NCBI RefSeq assembly: GCF_009557235.1 | Contig: NZ_CP045650.1 | Location: forward strand, 780,001 to 812,000 | Direction: 5' to 3' | DNA from: Acinetobacter wanghuae | GTDB taxonomy: Bacteria; Pseudomonadota; Gammaproteobacteria; Pseudomonadales; Moraxellaceae | Length of the DNA stretch: 32,000 nucleotides | Part shown: one piece after another, positions 1-8,966 of the stretch | Layout of the letters: each line of letters starts with the position of its first letter | Position numbering within the stretch: the stretch's first letter is position 1 | Notes under the pieces: generated by a model | Database searches by the model: none | The model's input: the letters and a program-made list of their open reading frames with translations, nothing else | Told to the model about the DNA's origin: nothing | Translations under genes and position numbers: made by a program

Positions 1-1410
1 AACCACAATAATTGCAATGAATGAACAGATAAAGCCGGGGATAATTTCATAAATGCCAGTTGCGGCAAATAGATTTTTCCATGCAATCACGATCACAGCA
101 CCAACGACCATACCGGCTAAAGCACCGTTTAATGTCATGCGTTTCCACATTAAAGACAAAATAATCAGTGGACCAAATGCCGCACCGAAACCTGCCCATG
201 CATACGCCACAAGACCGAGTACTTTAGATTCAGGATTACCCGCCATCCAAATCGCAAGAATCGAAATTAGTAATACCATCAAACGACCGATCCAAATCAA
301 TTCTTTTTGCGAGGCATTTTTACGTAAGAATGATTTATAGAAATCTTCAGTCAGGGTACTCGAGCACACTAAAAGCTGACAGCTAAGTGTACTCATCACG
401 GCAGCTAAAATAGCGGCAAGTACAACGCCCGCAATCCATGGATTAAACAGAATTTTAGTCAATTCCATAAACACTGTTTCAGGATTGGCATTAACAACTG
501 CTGCCAGTTCAGGATGTTGTTGGAAATAAGCTATCCCGAAGAAACCTGCTGCAACAGCGCCGACCAAACACAGCGTCATCCATGTCATCCCAATACGACG
601 TGCATTCGGAATTGATTTCACTGAATCTGCCGCCATGAAGCGTACCAAAATATGCGGTTGACCAAAGTAGCCTAAGCCCCATGCCAATAACGATAAAATC
701 GCAACGAAGCTCAGATTGCCAATAAAGTCGAACGCTTGAGGACGAGCGGCTTCAAGCGCTAAAGTCACTTGCGATAAGTCGGAGAAACTTAAGATTGCGA
801 CGATTGGAGTCAACAATAACGCGAAAATCATAAAGCCCGCTTGAATGGTATCTGTCCATGAAACAGCCAAGAAACCACCGATAAACACGTAACTGATGGT
901 TGCAATCGCACTGATCCAAAGTGCTGTGCTATACGGCATTGCAAACATACTTTCGAATAAACGCGCGCCGGCAACCATACCTGAAGCACAATAAATCGCA
1001 AAGAATATTAAGATAATAACCGCAGACACGATACGTAAGACTTTCTTTTGATCATTAAAACGATTTGAAAAATAGTCGGGCAGGGTCAGGGCATTGTTTT
1101 GCACTTCGGTGTGGACACGTAAGCGACCTGCAACCAAAAGCCAGTTGAGCCATGCACCAATGATCAGACCAATCGCAATCCACATTTCAGATAAACCTGA
1201 AAGATAAATTGCGCCGGGTAAGCCCATTAAAAGCCAACCACTCATATCGGATGCGCCTGCAGATAATGCAGTGACAAAACTACCTAAACGGCGACCCCCT
1301 AAAATATAATCAGAAAAGTTAGTGGTGGCACGGTACGCCATCAAGCCGACGACGACCATCAGCACAATATATAAAAGAAAGGTGATTAATGTTGGATTGA
1401 GGGAGCTCAT
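1..1410 (-). CDS. putP: Sodium/proline symporter PutP (SSS family); the C-terminal end runs off the window start
   Basis: Absent from the ORF track because it has no in-window stop. Hand translation of the minus strand from the ATG at 1410-1408 gives MSSLNPTLITFLLYIVLMVVVGLMAYRATTNFSDYILGGRRLGSFVTALSAGASDMSGWLLMGLPGAIYL. This matches the conserved PutP N-terminus (NFxDYILGGRxLGxFVTALSAGASDMSGWLLMGLPGA). The track ORF 53..340(+) is antisense to it. Confidence 0.9.
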   Translation of the reverse strand, partial: MSSLNPTLITFLLYIVLMVVVGLMAYRATTNFSDYILGGRRLGSFVTALSAGASDMSGWLLMGLPGAIYLSGLSEMWIAIGLIIGAWLNWLLVAGRLRVHTEVQNNALTLPDYFSNRFNDQKKVLRIVSAVIILIFFAIYCASGMVAGARLFESMFAMPYSTALWISAIATISYVFIGGFLAVSWTDTIQAGFMIFALLLTPIVAILSFSDLSQVTLALEAARPQAFDFIGNLSFVAILSLLAWGLGYFGQPHILVRFMAADSVKSIPNARRIGMTWMTLCLVGAVAAGFFGIAYFQQHPELAAVVNANPETVFMELTKILFNPWIAGVVLAAILAAVMSTLSCQLLVCSSTLTEDFYKSFLRKNASQKELIWIGRLMVLLISILAIWMAGNPESKVLGLVAYAWAGFGAAFGPLIILSLMWKRMTLNGALAGMVVGAVIVIAWKNLFAATGIYEIIPGFICSFIAIIVV

Positions 1411-1573
1411 ACAATATCCATTTTCGAGTTGGACTGTAAATCGAAATAAGGACTACGTTTAGACAACCATGTGTAAAATCAACATTACACAAGCGACCCA
1501 GCCCAGAAGATTACAAAAAATTAACGCGAAATTTAACCATAAATTCGAACAAATTGCAGAGTTTTTATTGCGG

Positions 1574-1607
1574 GAAAAAACAATAGGTAGCGCGAAGGCT
1601 ACCTATT
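1574..1607 (-). terminator. Rho-independent terminator downstream of the SPFH/NfeD operon
   Basis: A perfect 10-bp stem (AATAGGTAGC 1582-1591 with GCTACCTATT 1598-1607) has a 6-nt loop. On the minus strand it is followed by a T6 run (A6 at 1575-1580 on plus). Confidence 0.6.
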
Positions 1608-1628
1608 TGGATGAAACTTCATGCGATT

Positions 1629-2483
1629 TTATGGATTACGCCCCATGACACCACGGATGGTATTCATAATATCGGCAGGTAACACTACTGTTTTGGCATT
1701 GTTCGATTTCGCCATATCCTGCATGGCTTTTACATATTGCTCACCCAACAAGTAAGCCACAGGAATTTCTTTATCACCGACCGCAGAAGTGACCATTTCG
1801 ATGGCACGTTGCGATGATTCAGCCAAAACCACTTGTGCTTCAGCATCACGACGCGAGGCTTCCAGACGACCATCCGCTTCTAAAATAGCCGCTTGTTTTT
1901 CACCATCGGCTTTAGTCACCGTCGCACGACGTTGACGTTCAGCCGCAGCTTGTTCTTCCATTGCTGTTTGCATGGTATGTGAAGGTTTAATATCTTGGAT
2001 TTCAACCGTTTTTAAGGTAATCCCCCAATCAGCAATATCCTCTGAAATAGCAGCTTTGAGTTTTGCTTTAATATGATCACGTGAAGATAAAGCATCATCG
2101 AGATCCATTTCACCGACAATTGAACGCAGTGAGGTTTGCACCATGTTTTGAATTGCCCATGTATAGTTTTCAATACCATACACCGCTTTTTCAGGTGTAG
2201 TCAGATTGATATATGCCACGGCATTCATGAGGAGCACCGCATTATCTTTGGTAATCACTTCTTGTGAAGGAATATCCAATACAATGTCTTTGGTAGTGAC
2301 TTTATAGGCTACTTCATCAATATACGGAATAACAAAGTTTAAACCTGGACCCAAAGTGGTGTGGTATTTACCCAAGCGTTGCACGATCCACTTATAACCT
2401 TGTGGAACAATACGTACACCTTTAAAAATGGTGATGGCGACAAAAGCCAAAAACGCAATAACAATAATAGTGCCAGCAGACAT
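1629..2483 (-). CDS. SPFH/band-7 (stomatin-like, QmcA/YbbK-type) membrane protein
   Basis: The 284-aa protein has an N-terminal TM helix and an SPFH core (IVPQGYKWIVQRLGKYHTTLGPGLNFVIPYID...). Its C-terminal region is Ala/Glu-rich coiled coil (EEQAAAERQRRATVTKADGEKQAAILEA). It starts 2 nt after its NfeD partner gene ends. Confidence 0.9.
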   Translation of the reverse strand: MSAGTIIVIAFLAFVAITIFKGVRIVPQGYKWIVQRLGKYHTTLGPGLNFVIPYIDEVAYKVTTKDIVLDIPSQEVITKDNAVLLMNAVAYINLTTPEKAVYGIENYTWAIQNMVQTSLRSIVGEMDLDDALSSRDHIKAKLKAAISEDIADWGITLKTVEIQDIKPSHTMQTAMEEQAAAERQRRATVTKADGEKQAAILEADGRLEASRRDAEAQVVLAESSQRAIEMVTSAVGDKEIPVAYLLGEQYVKAMQDMAKSNNAKTVVLPADIMNTIRGVMGRNP

Positions 2484-2485
2484 AA

Positions 2486-2968
2486 TTAAATACCTTTCTC
2501 ATTTTCATAATTATTTGTATGGGGTTGAACGACCAGTTCATTACCGAGAATGTCCACAACACGGACACGATCACCCACTTGAACAGTTTTCAGCGTACGA
2601 CAGTTCCACTCATCTGAGCCAAGGACTGGCATCGGGAACCGTACTTTAATCTGGTCATGCGCTAGATTGACTTGAATCACCATGCCGACCTGACCAATAG
2701 TCGCTTCACGAGATAAACCTGCTTTGGTTTTATCTGTTGAAAGTGGCTTAATGTATTTAAACCACGCCACGGTGCAAAGCACAGAAAAGAAAATCCAAAT
2801 CAGCACTTGTAAGATGATACCCATTGACGGGAACATCCAAAATAACACACCGACTAAAATGGCACCCACACCAAACCAAAGTGCAGCAAATGCGGGCAAA
2901 ACCAGTTCTGATAAAATCAGCACCACGCCCAAGACAAACCAATGCCATGGTTCAAAAACGAATTCCAT
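2486..2968 (-). CDS. NfeD-family (YbbJ-like) membrane protein, partner of the SPFH protein
   Basis: The 160-aa protein has several N-terminal TM helices and a C-terminal soluble OB-like segment (GQVGMVIQV...DEWNCRTLKTVQVGDRVRVVDILGNELVV). The conserved NfeD-then-SPFH operon order is present. Confidence 0.85.
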   Translation of the reverse strand: MEFVFEPWHWFVLGVVLILSELVLPAFAALWFGVGAILVGVLFWMFPSMGIILQVLIWIFFSVLCTVAWFKYIKPLSTDKTKAGLSREATIGQVGMVIQVNLAHDQIKVRFPMPVLGSDEWNCRTLKTVQVGDRVRVVDILGNELVVQPHTNNYENEKGI

Positions 2969-3052
2969 ACATCTACTCGTGTATTGTAAAAGTTAAATCA
3001 ATCTCTTTTTCAATGTAACAGATTGGGGTTAAATTACATACAATTGAATCAG

Positions 3053-3970
3053 TTAAAATTTTGATTGCGGTACAGGTCTAAATGCGGCGGGTGATTTTTT
3101 AAAGTCAGTGATCGCTTTTTGAATCGATTTAATTTTTAATTGCGCTGCTTTTTCACCTTCTAAAATGGTTTCATTGCTCGCCTTTAAGTCTAAAGTACCA
3201 ATATGACCAACTTTCGGTGTAATCACCACAGTCGCTTGATTCAATTCTTCATTGATACTTTGCTGTCCCATAATATTGATGGTTTGATCGAGCAAACCAA
3301 ACATACTCACAGCCTTAGAACTGTCCGGACGCGCTGAAATATCGACAGCAATCACAATATCGGCACCCATCGCTTTTGCAGTTTTGACCGGAATAGGGCT
3401 GACCAAGCCACCATCGACATATTGAGTACCTGCAATTGTGGCAGGAACAAATACATTTGGAATACTGCAAGATGCACGTACGGCTTGACCTGCATTGCCT
3501 TTGATGAAATCAGCTCGACGACCATTGTCTAAACGTGTCGCAACCGCAGCAAAGCGAATAGGAAATTGTTCAATCGGTTTATTCGCAACATTTTTATTAA
3601 TGAAGTCTTGCAGCTTTTGACCTTGAATGATGCCTTGACGGTTTAACGTCAAATCTCGAATATCAGATTCTTTAAAATTAAGTGCGATTTGTTGTAATTG
3701 ATAAGGTGATTTACCACTGGCATATAAACTGCCGACGAAACTCCCCGCACTGGTGCCTGTCACAATTTTCGCTTTGATGCCATGCGACTCAAGTACTTTT
3801 AATACCCCAATATGCGCAAAACCTTTAGCACCGCCGCCGCCAAGGGCAACCCCAATTACAGGTTGGCGTGCTTGAATGGTTGTGGTTTTAGCGGGGATTT
3901 GGGTGGCTTTATCGCAGGCAGTTAAAGCAAATACCGCAGCAAAAATCGGAGCGTAAAAAGCAAATTTCAT
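3053..3970 (-). CDS. Patatin-like phospholipase, probable lipoprotein
   Basis: It has a signal peptide with a lipobox-like LTAC. Patatin motifs are present: GGGGAKG (oxyanion hole), GTSAGS (GxSxG nucleophile) and a DGG catalytic Asp motif. Confidence 0.85.
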   Translation of the reverse strand: MKFAFYAPIFAAVFALTACDKATQIPAKTTTIQARQPVIGVALGGGGAKGFAHIGVLKVLESHGIKAKIVTGTSAGSFVGSLYASGKSPYQLQQIALNFKESDIRDLTLNRQGIIQGQKLQDFINKNVANKPIEQFPIRFAAVATRLDNGRRADFIKGNAGQAVRASCSIPNVFVPATIAGTQYVDGGLVSPIPVKTAKAMGADIVIAVDISARPDSSKAVSMFGLLDQTINIMGQQSINEELNQATVVITPKVGHIGTLDLKASNETILEGEKAAQLKIKSIQKAITDFKKSPAAFRPVPQSKF

Positions 3971-4031
3971 TGTAATCAGTCAAATAATGAAACAAAATTA
4001 AGCTTATATGAGCAAAGATTGACATATTTTC

Positions 4032-4667
4032 CTAGCTTTTTTTGGCATGCTTTTGTAACGGTTTTGCGATACGTTTAGGATGTTTTGCTGAAATTTTGCC
4101 ATGATAATGGGCATAAATCTGCTCTAAGTCAGCTTCATAATTGCCTGTGGTGTGATACACACCCAAAATCAAAATGGTTTTCGTCTCATAATCAAAGCCA
4201 AACATGACAATAGGTAACCCTGCACTATGTGCAATATGATAAAAGCCGCTACGGATTTTCTCTGGTGCTTTTCTTGAGCCTTCAGGTGCCATGCCGACCC
4301 AAATTTGCTGTTTATTTTGAATGGCATGAATAATTTGTTGGGTTTTTCCTTGCGGAGAATCACGTACCACAGGAACAACGCCAATCCATTGTAAAAGAGG
4401 CTTAAGTGGGGTGCGAAATAAACTGTCTTTGCCAAAGATGGTAATGTCTAGCCCAAGTCCTAACAGCGCATTAAAACCATACCAAGCATCTATATTGGAG
4501 GTATGCGGTGAAATAATGGCAACCGCTTTGGCTAAATTGGGAAACTCCCCTTGAAATGTCCAACCCTGTGCTAAGAACAGTTGTTTAAATAATTGACGTC
4601 TTAACTTGCTACCACGACTCGGAACACGTGGGGGTAAATGTGGAAATTTGGCTGTAGGCATAAGCAA
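4032..4667 (-). CDS. PlsC-family (lyso)phospholipid acyltransferase
   Basis: The 211-aa protein carries the HX4D motif (HTSNID) and the PEG motif (MAPEGSR) that are diagnostic of glycerolipid acyltransferases (PF01553-type). Confidence 0.8.
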   Translation of the reverse strand: MLMPTAKFPHLPPRVPSRGSKLRRQLFKQLFLAQGWTFQGEFPNLAKAVAIISPHTSNIDAWYGFNALLGLGLDITIFGKDSLFRTPLKPLLQWIGVVPVVRDSPQGKTQQIIHAIQNKQQIWVGMAPEGSRKAPEKIRSGFYHIAHSAGLPIVMFGFDYETKTILILGVYHTTGNYEADLEQIYAHYHGKISAKHPKRIAKPLQKHAKKS

Positions 4668-4693
4668 TAGCTCATCTTCATTTTATTGTTTTC

Positions 4694-6028
4694 ATGATTT
4701 TGAGCTGTTTAAAACAGGATTTCATTGGCAAAATATCTATTCAAAACCACCAAAACGATAATACTGATCAAAGGATTGATGCGAACACGATGCAAAATAT
4801 ATATCTGTTGCTGTTTAGCCTATATTGGGCGCAGGGCTTACCCGTTGGCTTTATGACGCATGCTTTGCCAGTTATTTTGCGCGCTGAAGGCGTGTCGCTG
4901 ACGCATATCGGTGGTTTTGGACTGTTGATGTTGCCTTGGTCCATTAAGGTTTTTTGGGCGCCGTTGGTCGATCGTGTGGGATCAAAACGATGGGGGCATT
5001 ATCGTAGCTGGATTATTCCGACACAATTATTAACCGTGGCTGTACTCATTGGACTGTCATTTTTACCCATTACTGCTTTAGATCAACCACTGTATTTGCT
5101 AGCTTTCTTTATGAGTTTGTTGCTCATGAATACGATTGGTGCAACTCAGGATGTCGCGACCGATGGATTGGCGGTGACAAGATTGAAAGGCGAGCAGCAA
5201 CATTGGGGTAATACTTTTCAAGTTGTGGGTTCACGTTTAGGTTTTATTGTCGGTGGTGGTGCAATTCTGTGGTTAATTGATGCACTGCAATGGCAAACCA
5301 CGTTTTTAATACTGGCTGCTTTGGTTTTTTTGAATACGCTGCCCATTTTATTGTTTAAAGAATCATCGGTTCAAAGCCAAAATCCTACCGAAAAAGTAGA
5401 TCAAGCGCGCTTTAGTCTTCGATCTTATTTTCAATATTTTCTGAACAATCGTACCTTGAAACGTTGGTTCTTGGTTTTAATCACATTTAAGCTGGTTGAT
5501 GGTCTTTCAGGACCCATTTTAAAGCCATTAATGGTCGATTTAGGCTTAAGTTTAAGCCAAATTGGTGTGTATATCACGATGTTGGGGGCTTTTGCAGCAC
5601 TGCTGGGGGCGGGACTTGCCGGTCTGTGTCTGCGATTTATATCTCGTGCTCATACACTCTTTATTTTTTCGATTCTAAAAATTATCAGTATGTTTGGTTA
5701 TGCATGGTTAGCTCAGCAATATGAAGCAAAACATACGGTGAATGAATGGGTGATTTATAGCATCAATGCCTTAGAAGACATGATCTCAGCGATGTTATTG
5801 GTGGTGATGCTGACATTAATCATGCAATACAGCCGTAAGCAATATGCGGCTACAGACTTCACTTTTCAGGTAGCAATTATGGCGACGGTAAGTGGTGGTT
5901 TATATAGTATCAGCGGTATTTTTGCTGACCATTTTGGCTATAGTCTTTATTTAAACTTCATTGTGGTATGCAGTCTTTTAAGTCTTATTCCAATTTGGAT
6001 TTGGAAAAAAGCCGCAAAAAATAATTAA
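4694..6028 (+). CDS. MFS transporter, AmpG/PAT-family-like
   Basis: The protein is polytopic and has the AmpG-type motif LPWSIKVFWAPLVDR after TM2. The true start is probably the ATG at 4790 (MQNIYLLLFSLYW...), because the first 32 residues of the track ORF are hydrophilic filler. Confidence 0.7.
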   Translation: MILSCLKQDFIGKISIQNHQNDNTDQRIDANTMQNIYLLLFSLYWAQGLPVGFMTHALPVILRAEGVSLTHIGGFGLLMLPWSIKVFWAPLVDRVGSKRWGHYRSWIIPTQLLTVAVLIGLSFLPITALDQPLYLLAFFMSLLLMNTIGATQDVATDGLAVTRLKGEQQHWGNTFQVVGSRLGFIVGGGAILWLIDALQWQTTFLILAALVFLNTLPILLFKESSVQSQNPTEKVDQARFSLRSYFQYFLNNRTLKRWFLVLITFKLVDGLSGPILKPLMVDLGLSLSQIGVYITMLGAFAALLGAGLAGLCLRFISRAHTLFIFSILKIISMFGYAWLAQQYEAKHTVNEWVIYSINALEDMISAMLLVVMLTLIMQYSRKQYAATDFTFQVAIMATVSGGLYSISGIFADHFGYSLYLNFIVVCSLLSLIPIWIWKKAAKNN

Positions 6029-6164
6029 TCCGACGAATATGAGCTAAAAAAGCAGCTATTAGCCTAAAGTACTAAATAGAATATATAAATAATATTTTAA
6101 TAATTTTGTAAGATAAGCAGTGTGTGTAATATTCGTTACAAAATAATTCAAGGAAATTTTTTAG

Positions 6165-7274
6165 ATGAAAACTAAGTTAGCGACAGCAATTGCATTAAGC
6201 CTTTTGGCGGGGTCAACTTTTGCAGCACCAACATTCTATGGTGAGATTGATGCATCAATTGATTACTTACCTGAAGATAACCGAGCACCATTTAAGGATA
6301 AAGACGTTGTTGAACTTAGTTCGAACAGTTCATTTGTTGGCTTAAAAGGTGAAGAGAAACTTACTGAACGTTTAAATGCAGTGTATGCCATTGAATGGGC
6401 GTTTAACTCAGATGGCGAAGGCTCTGATTGGTCACAACGTAACCGCTTTGTTGGTTTAAAAGATGCGAAATTAGGTACATTGAAAATTGGTGCACACGAT
6501 ACACCGTTAAAACAACTGTCTAGCCCAGTCGATACGTTTAATAACTATGTTGGTAACAAAGCTGACGTAACAGGCATCATGACAGGCGAAACCCGTTTAT
6601 CTAACGCTGTAGTTTACGAATCACCAGCTTTTGCAGTTGCTGAAGGTAAAGTTCAAGCAAATGTCTTGCTAGCTACGGGCGAAAACAAAAAAATTGAAAA
6701 AGGCAATGGTGCGTCGAAATCAGCAGGTCGTGGTTTAGGCGATACTTGGTCAGCCTCTTTAGTCTATAACAACCCAGTTGTGGTTGCTGGTCTTGCTTAT
6801 GATAAAGCTGTACCGACAACCTTCGCAGGTCGTGGTTTCGATAACGCAACTTACCCAGAAGCAGGTCAAGCGGGTTTATTTGCTGCGGCAAATACGTTAC
6901 GTGCGATTGGTCGTGTAAATTTGGACGGTGGTCTTGCACTGAAAGCACTTTATCAAACATCAGAAGTTGAAAAAGCAGACGGTAATGCAGATGGTTCAGA
7001 GTTTATCGATGATGCTCAAGGTTGGTTAATTGGTGCTGAATACAATATCCCAACTGCGAAAGCTTGGACTGTGAAAGCACAATATAGCCAAAACACAACT
7101 TCATTCACAAATGGTAAAGCAGACTTTGACGCTGAACAAATTTTTGTAGGTGCAGACTATGCATTCAATAAACAAGTGAAAGCATACGGTTATGCAGGTT
7201 ATTTAACGCTTGAACAAGGTTCAAATGAAACTAAACAACCTGTTGTAGGTACAGGTCTAGAATACAAATTCTAA
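6165..7274 (+). CDS. Outer-membrane general porin (Gram-negative porin family)
   Basis: The signal peptide is MKTKLATAIALSLLAGSTFA/AP, and the beta-strand N-terminus TFYGEIDASIDY is typical of porins. Alternating-residue strands and a C-terminal aromatic residue (GLEYKF) are present. An AAGGAAA RBS lies 8 nt upstream. Confidence 0.8.
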   Translation: MKTKLATAIALSLLAGSTFAAPTFYGEIDASIDYLPEDNRAPFKDKDVVELSSNSSFVGLKGEEKLTERLNAVYAIEWAFNSDGEGSDWSQRNRFVGLKDAKLGTLKIGAHDTPLKQLSSPVDTFNNYVGNKADVTGIMTGETRLSNAVVYESPAFAVAEGKVQANVLLATGENKKIEKGNGASKSAGRGLGDTWSASLVYNNPVVVAGLAYDKAVPTTFAGRGFDNATYPEAGQAGLFAAANTLRAIGRVNLDGGLALKALYQTSEVEKADGNADGSEFIDDAQGWLIGAEYNIPTAKAWTVKAQYSQNTTSFTNGKADFDAEQIFVGADYAFNKQVKAYGYAGYLTLEQGSNETKQPVVGTGLEYKF

Positions 7275-7296
7275 TGTAGACTTTGTCATCTAAATA

Positions 7297-7327
7297 AAAA
7301 GGCGATGTGAAAACATCGCCTTTTTTA
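7297..7327 (+). terminator. Rho-independent terminator of the porin gene
   Basis: The stem GGCGATGT (7301-7308) pairs with ACATCGCC (7313-7320) around a GAAA loop, and a T6 run follows. Confidence 0.8.
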
Positions 7328-7412
7328 TGCATGGTTTTAAATAGCTTATCGAATTAATGCAAAAGGAAAGCTAGGCAGAGATGCTACATTAGAACAAAAA
7401 ATTGGATATCAC

Positions 7413-8095
7413 ATGACCATCCTTGCTGTACTGTTTGACCTCGATAATACCTTAACCCACCGTGACTTAAGTGTGCAGGCATTTACCCGACATTTATGGC
7501 AATCCTATGCAGCTGACTTAGCGCATATTGATTTTGAAAAAATGACGCAGATTGTCCGTCGCATTGATAATGGGGGTTATCCCAAGAAAGAACATCTGAC
7601 CCATCCAAGCATTGGCGCATCGGTTTCCTATGCACTATTGCAAGAACTGCAATGGAAAAATCCTCCAAGTTTAGAGGAACTGTCTACCTTTTGGTTTGAA
7701 CAATGGTTTATGTGCCGTAGCCATGCCGCAAGCGCAAAGAGCTTTTGGCGCAGTTGAAAAATAAAGGCTATCAGCTTGGTATTATCTCGAACGGTGGGCA
7801 TGAGACCCGCCTGAATATTCTGAAAGGGCTTGGCTTTGCGCATTATTTTGATGAAATTATCAGTTCAGGCTTAGTCGGCGTCAGTAAGCCCAATCCTGAA
7901 ATTTTCCATCTGACGGCCAACACATTGGGCGTGGCGCCTGAACATTGTGTCTATATTGGCGATCATCCCATTAACGATATACAAGGGGCAAGTGCTGCCG
8001 GTATGCGCGCCGTTTGGATCGAAGGCTTTCATCCAGCCACCCAACCGATCGAGCGTAAGATTCAACAGTTAAGTGAGCTGTGGCAGTATTTGTAA
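7413..8095 (+). pseudogene. HAD-superfamily hydrolase (subfamily IA-like) split by frameshift(s)
   Basis: ORF 7413..7757 carries HAD motif I (LFDLDNTL). ORF 7745..8095, in another frame, carries motifs II-IV (GIISNG, SKPNPEIF, GDHPINDIQGA). The two overlap at 7745-7757. The tail of the first ORF (FMCRSHAASAKSFWRS) looks out of frame. Confidence 0.7.
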
Positions 8096-8102
8096 GTTCT
8101 AT

Positions 8103-8780
8103 TCAGGTTTGGCGTTGGGTATTGATGGCTATCGTCCATTGGCAATGTTGGCAGCGTGGGCAATCTTGGTTGGCACTTGTAAGCAGACAGACATTGCCGC
8201 AGTGTAGACAGGCATAATGTTGATGCGCTTCAATGTGTTGAATGGACTGCTGTGCCTTGGGGTAGAGTGGCAGACCATAACCGACCTGTTCAGGGCTGTA
8301 AAATAAAATACTAAATTTGCCATCACTTTCAAGCAGACCCACACGGACTTGTCCCAAATGTTCGACTCCTTGTTGGCGCATTTCGGCAAAGAACTCGTCA
8401 TGCGACATTTTGCCGCGCTTAATATGTTCAAGCACCATCTTGCCATCTTCCACAATGTATAAAGATTTGCCTTCTAACAAATCTTCAAATGGTTGGTATT
8501 TCATGGTGAGTAAGGTGGTAATGCGATACAACACAATAATAGTTGCCATCACCAAAAATGCTTGTAACAGCGGCAGTTCTTCATCAAACATCGGGTCGCC
8601 GGCGATCGAACCTAAAGACAAAATAATCGCGACTTCAAAGATCGACAATTGTCGCACGCCGCGTTTACCTGTCAGGCGCAAGAACAAAATAATCATGATG
8701 TACATGACCAAGCAGCGCAGCAAAATTTCTGCGGCAAATGACCATGTGGTGTCATGAATAAAAATGGTTGACCACTCCAC
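8103..8780 (-). CDS. DUF421 (YetF-like) membrane protein with a Cys-rich C-terminal tail
   Basis: The 225-aa protein has N-terminal TM helices (LRLTGKRGVRQLSIFEVAIILSLGSIAGD) and a soluble YetF-like domain. The C-terminus is HYACLHCGN...DCPRCQHCQW (CxxC...CxxCxxC). Confidence 0.7.
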   Translation of the reverse strand: MEWSTIFIHDTTWSFAAEILLRCLVMYIMIILFLRLTGKRGVRQLSIFEVAIILSLGSIAGDPMFDEELPLLQAFLVMATIIVLYRITTLLTMKYQPFEDLLEGKSLYIVEDGKMVLEHIKRGKMSHDEFFAEMRQQGVEHLGQVRVGLLESDGKFSILFYSPEQVGYGLPLYPKAQQSIQHIEAHQHYACLHCGNVCLLTSANQDCPRCQHCQWTIAINTQRQT

Positions 8781-8966
8781 TTAGAAGCTCCGTTTATTAT
8801 TATCTTAAGGTGAGTGTATCAAGTGAAGATCGATGATGATGTTGGTATTTATGTAGTGATTTGATGCCTAAAAATTATTTGTAAATCATCATTCTTTAAG
8901 TCGTTCTGTTTAAGCATTTAAAAATTCAGCATCAACATCGACTACTCACGTTAAAATACTTTTTAT

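Noticed and set aside
53-340. 95-aa ORF on the plus strand at the window start
   Set aside because: It lies entirely antisense to the well-supported putP reading frame. Its translation is low-complexity with no motif.
2428-3018. Several 63-90-aa ORFs overlapping the NfeD gene on both strands
   Set aside because: They are shadow ORFs of the NfeD coding frame. They have no independent start signals or motifs.
8129-8757. 108-aa and 146-aa ORFs overlapping the DUF421 gene
   Set aside because: They are alternative-frame or antisense shadows of a gene with a recognisable family pattern.
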